Shown here one piece after another: positions 31,509 to 41,906 of a DNA stretch of 64,000 bases. Below the pieces are notes generated by a model that had not been told where the DNA came from, ran no database searches, and saw only the letters and a program-made list of their open reading frames with translations. The stretch's first letter is position 1; each line of letters starts with the position of its first letter. The position numbers and the translations under genes are program-made. Source of the DNA: Alphaproteobacteria bacterium (GTDB lineage Bacteria; Pseudomonadota; Alphaproteobacteria; UBA828); contig CBDCQT010000010.1 of NCBI GenBank assembly GCA_965220745.1, positions 640,001 through 704,000 on the forward strand. Direction: 5' to 3'.

Positions 31509-31958
31509 ATGCGCTTGATACGGTTGGCGGCCGCAGGCTTGGTCGCCGGAGGCATGGGGTTCGCGGCCGTTGCCGCAGCACCGGCCTCGGCAGCGGAGCC
31601 ACAGCGGATCACGGTGACCGGCGAGGTCATCGATTCCTGGTGTTACCTGAGCGAGATCATGTGGGCGACGGGCTCGGCCCATCACCGCTGCGCGGTCTGG
31701 TGCGCGCGGGGCGGGGTGCCGGTGGGGATCCTGAGCGAGGACGACGAGGAGGTCTACGTCGTGCTCATGATGGAGAACAATCCCGACGTGATCGGTAACA
31801 AGGCGATCTTCCGCATGCAGACCAACGAGGTCGTCGTCACGGGCGACCTCTACGAGCGTGACAGTGTCAAGTATCTCGCCGTCAACGAGATCGTCGAGGA
31901 CCATGGGATCGTGAACTACTCCCACGAGGACTTCGACATCCAGCCGGGAGGGCTCTAG
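31509..31958 (+). CDS. Secreted hypothetical protein with Cys/His motif
   Basis: Signal peptide ending ASA; VTGEVIDSWCY...HHRCAVWCARGGVPVG. Confidence 0.7.
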   Translation: MRLIRLAAAGLVAGGMGFAAVAAAPASAAEPQRITVTGEVIDSWCYLSEIMWATGSAHHRCAVWCARGGVPVGILSEDDEEVYVVLMMENNPDVIGNKAIFRMQTNEVVVTGDLYERDSVKYLAVNEIVEDHGIVNYSHEDFDIQPGGL

Positions 31959-31960
31959 TC

Positions 31961-32506
31961 ATGCAGGCCCATCGCACGATAACCCGCTTCGCCGCGGCCC
32001 TTCTGTTCGCGGGCTCCATGGCGGTCGCCGGCGTCTCCTCCGCGGCTAACAGCTGGGGGTTGCCCGACGAGGTCGAGGCACGCTTCGACGCCAAGGTCAC
32101 TGACGTGCTCTGCGTCCTCAGCGGCGACTGCCCCGAGGACTGCGGCGCCGGCAATCGGCTGCTCGGCTTGCTGCAGGACGACGGCACCCTGGTGCTGCCG
32201 CTCAAGAACGCCGGTCCATTCACCGGGCCGACCGTCGATCTCATCCCCTTCTGCAACCAGCGGGTGACGGTGGACGGCCTGTTCACGACCAACTACGGCA
32301 TTACCACCTTCGCAGTGCAGTTCGTGCGGCCCGAGGGCGGCAAGTGGCGGGGCGCCAACGGCTTCGTCCGCCAGTGGGCCAAGGAGCGCGGCCTGGAGGC
32401 GAAGGACAAGAAGGTGCGGCGCTGGATGCGCAACGACGAGGCGATCCTGGAGCTGATTGAGGAACAGGGCGTACTCGGCCTCAAGGACAAGGGCATCACC
32501 CCTTAG
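31961..32506 (+). CDS. Secreted hypothetical protein with Cys motif, probably distantly related to the upstream ORF
   Basis: Signal peptide; AKVTDVLC...DCPEDCGAG..LLGLL; 2-nt gap to the upstream gene. Confidence 0.7.
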   Translation: MQAHRTITRFAAALLFAGSMAVAGVSSAANSWGLPDEVEARFDAKVTDVLCVLSGDCPEDCGAGNRLLGLLQDDGTLVLPLKNAGPFTGPTVDLIPFCNQRVTVDGLFTTNYGITTFAVQFVRPEGGKWRGANGFVRQWAKERGLEAKDKKVRRWMRNDEAILELIEEQGVLGLKDKGITP

Positions 32507-32515
32507 CCTGACCCA

Positions 32516-32548
32516 AGCGGCGGCGCGTAGGCCCTGCGCGCCGCCGCT
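32516..32548 (+). terminator. GC-rich stem-loop after the secreted-protein pair
   Basis: AGCGGCGGCGCGTAGG/CCCTGCGCGCCGCCGCT; the T-rich tract is not immediately adjacent. Confidence 0.35.
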
Positions 32549-32579
32549 GCACATCGGTTTCGTTTTTTGCAGGGGACCC

Positions 32580-33200
32580 ATGACCTTCCCCGACAAGGGC
32601 TACCCCTCGATCGCGGACTACTGCGACGATTACCTGACCCGGCTGGCGCAGGCCGGTGCCTCCATCGACCGCGCCGCGCTCGCCCGTGCTGCGGACATGC
32701 TCGATGCCGCGTTCGACCGCAGCGCATGGCTCTTCGTCTGCGGCAACGGCGGCTCAGCGGCGATCGCCAACCACCTGCTCTGCGACGTCGCCAAGGGCGT
32801 GCAGACCGACACCGGCGTGCAACCGCGGGTGATGAGCCTGAGTTCGAACCTGGAGATGGTGACCGCGATCGCCAACGACATCGCCTTCGAGGACTGCTTC
32901 CTCTACCAGCTCGGGACCGCAGCGCGCGCCGGCGACCTGCTGATGACCATCTCGTCCTCCGGCGATTCGGAGAACATCGTCCGTGCGCTTGATTGGGCCG
33001 CGGCGAACGGGCTGGAGAGCATCGCGCTCACCGGTTTCGACGGCGGGCGTTCGGCGCCGCTCGCCACGGTCAACCTTCACGTGGACGGCGACAACTACGG
33101 CGTGATCGAGGACATCCACCAGTCGATCATGCACATGCTGGCGCAATACCTGCGCCAGGCGAAAATGCCCGACGCGCTCATCGCTGAGCGGAGGTTCTAG
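32580..33200 (+). CDS. SIS domain protein, phosphoheptose isomerase (GmhA-like)
   Basis: CGNGGSAA, TAIAND, ISSSGDSENI, LTGFDGG, EDIH. Confidence 0.85.
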   Translation: MTFPDKGYPSIADYCDDYLTRLAQAGASIDRAALARAADMLDAAFDRSAWLFVCGNGGSAAIANHLLCDVAKGVQTDTGVQPRVMSLSSNLEMVTAIANDIAFEDCFLYQLGTAARAGDLLMTISSSGDSENIVRALDWAAANGLESIALTGFDGGRSAPLATVNLHVDGDNYGVIEDIHQSIMHMLAQYLRQAKMPDALIAERRF

Positions 33201-33814
33201 CCGGCGAAGCGGATCGCCAGCACGACAGCGATCAGAATGGCGACGGCGGCCAACGCCACCCAGCCCAGGTGTCGCTCGATGAAGGCGCGGGCCGGCGGGC
33301 CGAACTGCCAGAGAATCGCCGCGACGATATAGAAGCGTAGCCCCCGCGCGAGCAGCGAGGCGATGATAAACACGCCGATGTCGAGCTGGCCTGCGCCGCT
33401 CGCGATGGTGATCAGCTTGTAGGGGAGCGGGGTGAAGCCACCGGCGACGACGATCCAGGCGCCCCACTCGTCGCGGTAGCGTTCGAAGGTGGCGAGCTTG
33501 TCCTCGTGGCCCCAGAGCTCGAGCAGCGGGCCGCCGAAGGCATCGAAGAGGAAGTAGCCGATGGCGTAGCCGAAGAGGCCGCCCGCGACCGAGAAGAGCG
33601 TGCAGACGCCCGCCAGCAGCCACGCCCTGGCGCGTTGCGCAAGCACCATGGGGATCAGCAGCAGGTCCGGCGGGATCGGGAAGAACGAGCTTTCCGCAAA
33701 GGCCACGGCGGCGAGCGCCCAGACGGCGTGGCGCTTGCCGGCGAGCGCCAGCGTCCAGTCGTAGAGCCTGCTGAGCGGCCCCGGCCTCCGCCCCGCCGCC
33801 GGCCCCTCGGTCAT
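33197..33814 (-). CDS. DedA/YqaA family membrane protein
   Basis: AFAESSFFPIPPD, GFTPLPYK, RGLRF. Confidence 0.88.
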   Translation of the reverse strand: MTEGPAAGRRPGPLSRLYDWTLALAGKRHAVWALAAVAFAESSFFPIPPDLLLIPMVLAQRARAWLLAGVCTLFSVAGGLFGYAIGYFLFDAFGGPLLELWGHEDKLATFERYRDEWGAWIVVAGGFTPLPYKLITIASGAGQLDIGVFIIASLLARGLRFYIVAAILWQFGPPARAFIERHLGWVALAAVAILIAVVLAIRFAG

Positions 33815-33904
33815 GCGTCTGCCTCGGCGGCCCCGGCCCCGGCCGGTTGACCGTTGCCCGGCCCGGCCCAACAATGCCGCGAGCGCTCCGCACGGGCACC
33901 CCTC

Positions 33905-34996
33905 ATGCAGTCACGCCTCATCCTCTTCGCCGCCTCGGCCGGCATCGCCGCCCTCACCATTTACCTTCTCATCTCCGGGCGGAACATCCTGATCCCGATC
34001 GCCATCGCGGTCATGGCCTGGTACCTGATCAACGCCATCGCGCGCGGGATCATGAAGCTCAGCATACGCGGCGTGCGCCCGCCGCGCTGGGCCGCGCTCG
34101 CGCTCACGGCGCTCGCCGTCGTCGCCGCGGTCATGTCGCTGGCCGAGATGGTGAGCGGCAACTTCAGCGCCGTGGTCGATGCCATCCCCACCTATCAGGC
34201 CAATCTGCAGCGGCTGATCGGCGAGGTGGCGGCGCTGTTCGGGATGCAGGAAACGCCGAATGTCGCCGACATTGTCGATCGCATCGACTTCAGTGCGGTG
34301 GTCGGCCGCCTTGCCACAACGCTGACCGGAATCGCGGGCGAAGCCGGACTCATCCTGGTCTACATGCTCTTCCTCTTCGTCGAGCAGGGCAGCTTCGACC
34401 GCAAGATGAAGGCGCTCTTCCCCGACCCGGAGCGGGAGGAGCGGGTCCACAAGATCCTCAGCCACATGACCCAGGAGATTCAGAACTATCTCTGGATCAA
34501 GACCTTCACCAGCGCGCTGACGGCGGGGCTCAGCTATGCCGTGCTGGCGGCGGTCGGCCTCGATTTCGCCGGGTTCTGGGTGGTCATCATCTTCCTGCTG
34601 AACTACATCCCGACCATCGGCTCGCTGCTCGGCATCCTCTTCCCGGCCCTGCTGGCGCTGGTCCAGTTCGACACCTTCGTGCCCTTCCTCATCGTCACGC
34701 CGAGCCTCGCGGTGATCCAGGTCTTCGTCGGCAACTTCCTGGAGCCGATGCTGATGGGCTCGTCCCTCAACATCAGCCCCTTCGCGACCCTGATCTCGCT
34801 TGCTGTGTGGGGTACGATCTGGGGCGTGCCGGGGATGTTCCTCTGCGTGCCCATCACCGTGATCGCGATGATCATCTTCGCCCACTTCCCGCGCACGCGG
34901 CCCATCGCGGTGATGCTGTCCACCGACGGCCGCGTCGCCTGGGGCGAGACCGAGCCGCGCCCGCCGCCCGACCCACGCCCGCCGTCCGGAGCCTGA
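33905..34996 (+). CDS. AI-2E family transporter
   Basis: Multiple TM segments; LNYIPTIGS, GNFLEPMLMG, WGVPGMFLCVP. Confidence 0.88.
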   Translation: MQSRLILFAASAGIAALTIYLLISGRNILIPIAIAVMAWYLINAIARGIMKLSIRGVRPPRWAALALTALAVVAAVMSLAEMVSGNFSAVVDAIPTYQANLQRLIGEVAALFGMQETPNVADIVDRIDFSAVVGRLATTLTGIAGEAGLILVYMLFLFVEQGSFDRKMKALFPDPEREERVHKILSHMTQEIQNYLWIKTFTSALTAGLSYAVLAAVGLDFAGFWVVIIFLLNYIPTIGSLLGILFPALLALVQFDTFVPFLIVTPSLAVIQVFVGNFLEPMLMGSSLNISPFATLISLAVWGTIWGVPGMFLCVPITVIAMIIFAHFPRTRPIAVMLSTDGRVAWGETEPRPPPDPRPPSGA

Positions 34997-34998
34997 CA

Positions 34999-36132
34999 AT
35001 GAACGTTGCCGAACAAGACGCCCTCGCGATCGATGCCGGGCGGCTGAGGGAGGCCGTGGCCGCGATCTTCGTCGGTGCCGGCTGCGACGAGACCGAGGGT
35101 GCGCGCATCGCCCGCTATCTGGTCGAATCCAACCTCACCGGGCACGACAGCCACGGCGTCATTCGGGTGCCGCGCTATGTCCACTGGCTCGACACCGGCA
35201 CCGTGCACGCCGGCCGGCGCATCAAGACGGTGATGGACGCGGGCGCCGTCGCAGTGCTGGACGGCGATCACGGCTTCGGCCAGACCATCGGCGAAGAGGC
35301 GATCACGCTGGGGGTCGAGAAGGCGCGCGAATTCGGCGTTGCCGTGGTGGGCCTGCGCAACTCGGGCCACCTGGGGCGGGTCGGTGACTGGGCCGAGCTT
35401 GCGGCCGCCCACGGGCTGCTCTCGATCCACTTCGTCAACACCAGCGGGCTCGGCATGTTGGTGGCGCCGTTCGGCGGCACCGAGCGACGCATGTCCACAA
35501 ATCCGGTCTGCTTCGGTGTGCCGATGCCGGAGGGGCCGCCGCTGGTGCTCGACTGCGCGACGTCCGTCGTGGCCGAGGGCAAGGTGCTGGTCGCGCTCAA
35601 CGGCGGCAAGCCGCTGCCGGAGGGCGCTCTGATCGATCGGGACGGCACGCTCACCACCGATCCCAACGCCATCTACGGCTCCCTGGACGGCACCCAGCCC
35701 CACGACCAGCGCACGGGCTCTGCCGCCGTGCGCGCCATGGGCGAGCACAAGGGCTCCGGCATCAGCATCATGTGCGAGCTGCTCGCCGGTGCGCTCACCG
35801 GCGGCGGCTGCGGCCGGGCGGGCCACAAGACGCTGGAGAACAACATGCTTTCCATCCTGCTGGACCCTGCGCGCTTCGGCACCGAGGAGCTGATGTGGCC
35901 GGAGCTCGACCGCTACGTCGCCTTCGTGCGCAGCGCTCGCGCCGCGCCGGGGCACGAGCGGGTGCGCCTCCCCGGCGAGCCCGAGGAGGAGATGCGCGCC
36001 CGGCGGCGCGCGGAGGGCATCCCGCTGCCCCGCAGGGTGCGGTCGAGCCTGGCGCTCACAGCAAACTCCCTCGGCCTCAAAGACGTGGCGGGGGTGTTCA
36101 AGCCGCAGAACCGCGGGGGCGTCTCCTCATGA
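34999..36132 (+). CDS. Ldh_2 family malate/lactate/ureidoglycolate dehydrogenase
   Basis: GHDSHGVIR, HLGRVG, APFGG, STNP, AEGK, GEHKGSG, PGEPE. Confidence 0.85.
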   Translation: MNVAEQDALAIDAGRLREAVAAIFVGAGCDETEGARIARYLVESNLTGHDSHGVIRVPRYVHWLDTGTVHAGRRIKTVMDAGAVAVLDGDHGFGQTIGEEAITLGVEKAREFGVAVVGLRNSGHLGRVGDWAELAAAHGLLSIHFVNTSGLGMLVAPFGGTERRMSTNPVCFGVPMPEGPPLVLDCATSVVAEGKVLVALNGGKPLPEGALIDRDGTLTTDPNAIYGSLDGTQPHDQRTGSAAVRAMGEHKGSGISIMCELLAGALTGGGCGRAGHKTLENNMLSILLDPARFGTEELMWPELDRYVAFVRSARAAPGHERVRLPGEPEEEMRARRRAEGIPLPRRVRSSLALTANSLGLKDVAGVFKPQNRGGVSS

Positions 36133-36965
36133 TCGGGACCTCCGATATCGCCGCCCATTACACGAGCGGCGACCTGCTCGCGCGGCTGGAGGCACGGCTG
36201 CGGGAGGACGGAGCCGATCCGGCGCGCCCGACCGCTGAGGCTTTGGCTCCCTACGACCATTTCCACGGCCGCGGCCTGGAGGCGACCGAGGACATGGCGA
36301 ACCTGCTCCAGGTCGCCGAGACGGACCGTATTCTCGATGTCGGCAGCGGCCTCGGCGGGCCGGCGCGCTACATGGCGGAACGCTTCGGCTGCAGGGTGGA
36401 CGGCATCGATCTGACCGCCGAATTCTGCGACATCGCGCGGCATCTGACCGCATTGCTTGGGCTCACGGACCGTGTCTCCTTCGAGCAGGGCGACGCACTG
36501 GCGATGCCGTTCGGTGACGCCGTGTTCGACGGCGCCTACTCGATGAACGTCTCCATGAACATCGCCGACAAGCGCGCGCTCTATCGCGAGATCCACCGCG
36601 TGCTCAAGCCCGGCGGCTGGCTGAGTCTGTCGGAGGCGGTGCAGGGACCGGGCGGCGCACCTGACTACCCGACGCCGTGGGCGCGGACCGCCGCGACGAG
36701 CTTTCTCGCGACCTCGGCGGAGACCCGCGCGAACCTCGAGGCCTCGGGGTTCGCCATCGAGACTCTGCGGGAGACGACGGAGACGGCGCTCGCCTACGCC
36801 GCCCGCTCGCGCGCAACGGTCGAAGCCGGCGGACAACCGCTGCACCGCGCCGTCTCGTTGATCCACGGCGCGCTTGCCGAAGAGGCGATGGCGAACTCGG
36901 CGCGGGCGCTGAGGGAGCATCGCGCCGTGCCCATCGAGATCGTCTGCCGCAAGGCGCGGCAATAG
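36129..36965 (+). CDS. Class I SAM-dependent methyltransferase
   Basis: ILDVGSGLGGPAR, GIDLT, GDALAMPF, RVLKPGG. Confidence 0.85.
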   Translation: MIGTSDIAAHYTSGDLLARLEARLREDGADPARPTAEALAPYDHFHGRGLEATEDMANLLQVAETDRILDVGSGLGGPARYMAERFGCRVDGIDLTAEFCDIARHLTALLGLTDRVSFEQGDALAMPFGDAVFDGAYSMNVSMNIADKRALYREIHRVLKPGGWLSLSEAVQGPGGAPDYPTPWARTAATSFLATSAETRANLEASGFAIETLRETTETALAYAARSRATVEAGGQPLHRAVSLIHGALAEEAMANSARALREHRAVPIEIVCRKARQ

Positions 36966-37040
36966 CGATTTCCGACGCCGGACGCTCGTCGCCGGTCAGC
37001 TCATCACGGGCGCCCTGTATGGACCCCGTAGGAAGCCCTC

Positions 37041-38180
37041 TCACCAGATGCCGGGAAAGATCCGGTACTTCACGCGCGCCCGATACTCCGCCCACTTCTC
37101 GGGACCGTACTTCTCGGCACAATACTCCTCGTCCTCAATCTGGCGAATGGTGAACAGCGAGACGATGAAGACGAAGTAGGTCCAGGCCCAGGGATTGTCG
37201 AAATGGCCAAATACCAAGCCGATCGACACGCAAATGAACCCCTCGCCCAGGTAGTTGAAGTGACGTGCAGCGCCCCAGAAGCCGCTGCACAGGATTTTGC
37301 GATCGCCGGCCTGGATGTATTCGGGCGCAATGAACCCTAGAAACTTGCGGTCGGGCCATCGTTTGAACGCGTACTTCTGCATGGCGGCGCCACGCGAAAT
37401 GCCCCATCCGACGAGGAACAGCGCACCTGTTCCGATCAGCCAGACATACGTCCATGCCGGCGAGAATCCGGGGTCGGGATAGGCGGCCAATCCCCACAAC
37501 GGCATGATGTACAGCCATCCGTAGACGATAAGGCCGCCCCAGAACAACTTGAAGCCGAGCTTCTCGTGGATCAGATCGTAGGTGTAGAGCTGGACGCGCT
37601 CGAAGATAAAGTAGTCGAACACGTAGAACGTGAAGAACGCCGCATACAGGAAGACGCCAGGGTTGGCGTCCTCGCCGAAGCGGTCGTAGTGGTACGCGGC
37701 TCCGGACATGGCGTTGAGAACCAGCATGGTTCCGCCGACGACATAGAGATACATCTTGACGTCGAAGCGGTACTTGAAGAACGCCAGCTCCTGAGCTCGC
37801 CCGACCCACAAATCCGCGATGGGATTTCGTTTCTCCTTTCGCGGCTGGCTGTAGACCGCGATCAAGGTGAAGATCAGGGAGAACAGCGTTCCCCCGGCCA
37901 GTGCATACAACGTGGTCCGGTAGAACCAGTCGCGCGGCATCCCGGTGGCCTCGAAGGCCCACACGATCACCGCAATGACGAACACCAGGATACCGTTCAG
38001 CCGGTACTTGCGGGGCTCGCCGGTTTCCTGATCCCTGACGTAGCCGGGAACCCACTTTCCCGGAAGAATGACCTGCAGCAAGAAAAAGACGATGAAGATC
38101 GCCAGCGGTGTGAAAAATCCCGCTAGCTTCTCTGTCCCGGTAAGCTCGAAAAAGTGCTCAATACCGAGCCACTCGATCAT
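37041..38180 (-). CDS. ERG4/ERG24 family sterol reductase-like integral membrane protein
   Basis: YRLNG, D..HEKLGFKL.WG, SGFWGAARHFNYLGE, C-terminal EEYCAEKYG..WAEYRARVKYRIFPGIW typical of LBR/DHCR7/ERG24. Confidence 0.85.
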   Translation of the reverse strand: MIEWLGIEHFFELTGTEKLAGFFTPLAIFIVFFLLQVILPGKWVPGYVRDQETGEPRKYRLNGILVFVIAVIVWAFEATGMPRDWFYRTTLYALAGGTLFSLIFTLIAVYSQPRKEKRNPIADLWVGRAQELAFFKYRFDVKMYLYVVGGTMLVLNAMSGAAYHYDRFGEDANPGVFLYAAFFTFYVFDYFIFERVQLYTYDLIHEKLGFKLFWGGLIVYGWLYIMPLWGLAAYPDPGFSPAWTYVWLIGTGALFLVGWGISRGAAMQKYAFKRWPDRKFLGFIAPEYIQAGDRKILCSGFWGAARHFNYLGEGFICVSIGLVFGHFDNPWAWTYFVFIVSLFTIRQIEDEEYCAEKYGPEKWAEYRARVKYRIFPGIW

Positions 38181-38293
38181 GACCAAGTATCCCTTTCCCT
38201 CGTAACATTGCCATTATGGATTTGGCCATAAAGAAGATCAATAAGGTCCAACGCACCGAAAGCGCGTTTCGGCATCGGTGTTTGCCGGTGCCT

Positions 38294-38469
38294 TAGAGCG
38301 TTTCCGTTACACGAAAACGCTCTGGCTTCTTTGTCGCTCGCGGCAGCCTGCCGACGGCCGGCGCCTCCGCGTCGCGCGTCCACGCGCGCGGGCGCGCGAC
38401 GCGGAGGCGCTGAAGCGGCGGACCGCAGTCGCGGCCTGTCGCGTGTCCGTCAAAGTCGGACACGCTCTA
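38294..38469. mobile_element. MITE-like palindromic element (TAGAGCG...CGCTCTA ends) with three hairpins
   Basis: Terminal IR TAGAGCGT/ACGCTCTA; hairpins AGAGCGTTT...AAACGCTCT, GCGCCTCCGCGTCGCGCG...CGCGCGACGCGGAGGCGC (18-bp perfect stem, 38361-38410) and GCGTGTCCG...CGGACACGC. Confidence 0.65.
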
Positions 38470-38554
38470 GCTGACGCCGGGGCCCAATCGCAGAAGCTAG
38501 AAAATTGCGCGCGAACTGTGCGGCGTCTGCTCCTCGGGATCGGGGAGAGAGGGT

Positions 38555-39334
38555 CTACCAGACGCTGCCGCAGCGGCCGCCGTCGATCACGAGGTTCTGG
38601 CCAGTGATGTAGCCCGCCTGAGCGCTGCAGAGGAAGGCGCATGCCTCGCCGAACTCGGCGGGGTCGCCGAAGCGTTTGGCCGGAACCGACGCCATGTGCT
38701 GCTCGGTGAACGCGGTGAGCTCGGTACCCGTCGCCTCGGCTCCGGATGCGATGTTGCTGCGCAGACGCTCGGTGTCGAAATAGCCGGGCAGGACGTTGTT
38801 GATCGTGACGTTCTGGGCGGCGACGCCGGACGCGATGCCGGCGACGAAGGCGGTGAGGCCTGCGCGGGCGCCGCTGGAGAGGTCGAGGCCGGGGACCGGC
38901 ATCTTCACCGAGATCGAAGTGATGTTGACGATGCGCCCGAAGCCGCGTGCGGCCATGCCGTCCAACACACGCTGGATCATCTCCACGGGCGTCGCCATGT
39001 TCATCACCACGCCTTGGACGAACGCGTCGCGGTCGATCTCGCGGAAATCCCGGCGGGGCGGGCCGCCGTTGTTGTTCACCAGAATGTCGGGCTCGGGGCA
39101 GGCCTCGATCAGCGCAGCCTGAACCGCCGGATCGCTGATATCGCCGGCCACGGTCTCCACGGCGACGCCCGTTTCCTCGCGAATATCGCGTGCCGTGCCT
39201 TCGAGCGCCGTCCTGTCGCGTCCGTTGATGACGAGATCGACGCGGTTTCGTGCGAGCGATTGCGCACAGGCACGGCCGAGCCCGCGGCTCGCGGCGCAGA
39301 CGATCGCCTGACGTCCTTCTATTCCAAGATCCAT
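38555..39334 (-). CDS. SDR family oxidoreductase (atypical catalytic motif)
   Basis: MDLGIEGRQAIVCAASRGLG, VNNNGGPP, LSSGARAGL, NNVLPG, ITGQNLVIDGG. Confidence 0.88.
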   Translation of the reverse strand: MDLGIEGRQAIVCAASRGLGRACAQSLARNRVDLVINGRDRTALEGTARDIREETGVAVETVAGDISDPAVQAALIEACPEPDILVNNNGGPPRRDFREIDRDAFVQGVVMNMATPVEMIQRVLDGMAARGFGRIVNITSISVKMPVPGLDLSSGARAGLTAFVAGIASGVAAQNVTINNVLPGYFDTERLRSNIASGAEATGTELTAFTEQHMASVPAKRFGDPAEFGEACAFLCSAQAGYITGQNLVIDGGRCGSVW

Positions 39335-39400
39335 GGCTCCCTCACCCCCTTGTGGCGGCCGCATCGTGACGCCGGCCGGCCCGCCGGCGCAAGCCCGGGA

Positions 39401-39640
39401 CGCCGGACCATAGTGCGGTGCACGCAGCGGGCGGGGGAAGGCAGACTCGGCGGATGCGTCGCCCCGTCCATGACCCTGTCGAGAAATGCGGGCTGGGATG
39501 CGCCGCTCCGGTCCGCAGTGGGCCACCTTGGGCCGCTCGCCCCGGACCATCTTGGGCCACCTTGGGCCGCTTTGGGCCGGAATAGGCCGCCTTAAAACCT
39601 TCTTTCGGAACTTTCCGGGATTCTTCACCTGTCTCGGGCA
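39401..39640 (+). repeat. Dispersed element, copy B (internally deleted) with a 10-bp repeat array
   Basis: CCGGACCATAGTGCGGTGCA-N31-ATG (39454); array of CTTGGGCCAC-like units at 39517-39597; aligns to the reverse complement of 55039-55196 and 55429-55513. Confidence 0.75.
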
Positions 39641-39708
39641 GGCGGCGCAGCGCGACATGCGGGCGAACCCGATTGCAAACAGGCGCTTGATTCGCCGCGC
39701 GAGAGATG

Positions 39709-39735
39709 TTAGCACTCACTACTAGCGAGTGCTAA
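39709..39735. promoter_or_regulatory. CIRCE element (HrcA operator)
   Basis: Exact TTAGCACTC-N9-GAGTGCTAA upstream of groES. Confidence 0.95.
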
Positions 39736-39777
39736 CATCTCTATCAGACGATCTTACAGACGAACGTGGAGGAACCA

Positions 39778-40092
39778 ATGAAGTTTCGACCGCTGCACGA
39801 CAGGGTCGTGGTTCGCCGGATCGGCGAGGACACCAAGACCGCCGGCGGCATCATCATCCCCGACACGGCCCAGGAGAAGCCGCAGGAAGGCGAGATCGTG
39901 GCCGTGGGCCCCGGCACCCGGGGCGATGACGGGACGCTGCATCCGCTGGACGTGAAGCCGGGCGACCGCGTGCTGTTCGGCAAGTGGTCCGGCAACGAAG
40001 TGACCCTCGACGGTGACGAGCTCCTGTTCATGAAGGAGTCCGACATCATGGCCATCGTCGAGTCCGGCAAGAAGTCGAAGAAGGCCGCGTAG
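39778..40092 (+). CDS. groES: Co-chaperonin GroES
   Basis: [12 protein letters not shown]...[18 protein letters not shown]; GGAGG RBS. Confidence 0.97.
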   Translation: MKFRPLHDRVVVRRIGEDTKTAGGIIIPDTAQEKPQEGEIVAVGPGTRGDDGTLHPLDVKPGDRVLFGKWSGNEVTLDGDELLFMKESDIMAIVESGKKSKKAA

Positions 40093-41766
<1,674 letters not shown>

Positions 41767-41789
41767 CCCAACCTTTCAGGCTTACGATC

Positions 41790-41822
41790 GGGGCGGGCCT
41801 CACGGTCCGCCCCTTTTCGTTT
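41790..41822 (+). terminator. Rho-independent terminator of groESL
   Basis: GGGGCGGGCC-tcac-GGTCCGCCCC-TTTTCGTTT. Confidence 0.8.
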
Positions 41823-41906
41823 GCAGCAGCCGAGAGCACGGGATATGTGCAACGCGCCGGTGCGTGCGGATGCGCGGCGGGGAGCACGGACGGTCGGGGA
41901 GGCCCC

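Noticed and set aside
33847-36132. 761-aa ORF suggesting a fused dehydrogenase
   Set aside because: The N-terminal half is an off-frame reading of the AI-2E transporter; the dehydrogenase starts at 34999.
36129-38180. Methyltransferase plus sterol reductase as a sterol side-chain modification pair
   Set aside because: The genes are convergent, and the methyltransferase is coupled to the upstream Ldh_2 gene and shows no sterol-methyltransferase-specific motifs that I can recognise.
39517-39597. Repeat arrays here and at 55090-55172 as a CRISPR array
   Set aside because: Units are 10 bp and contiguous with no spacers, and there are no cas genes.
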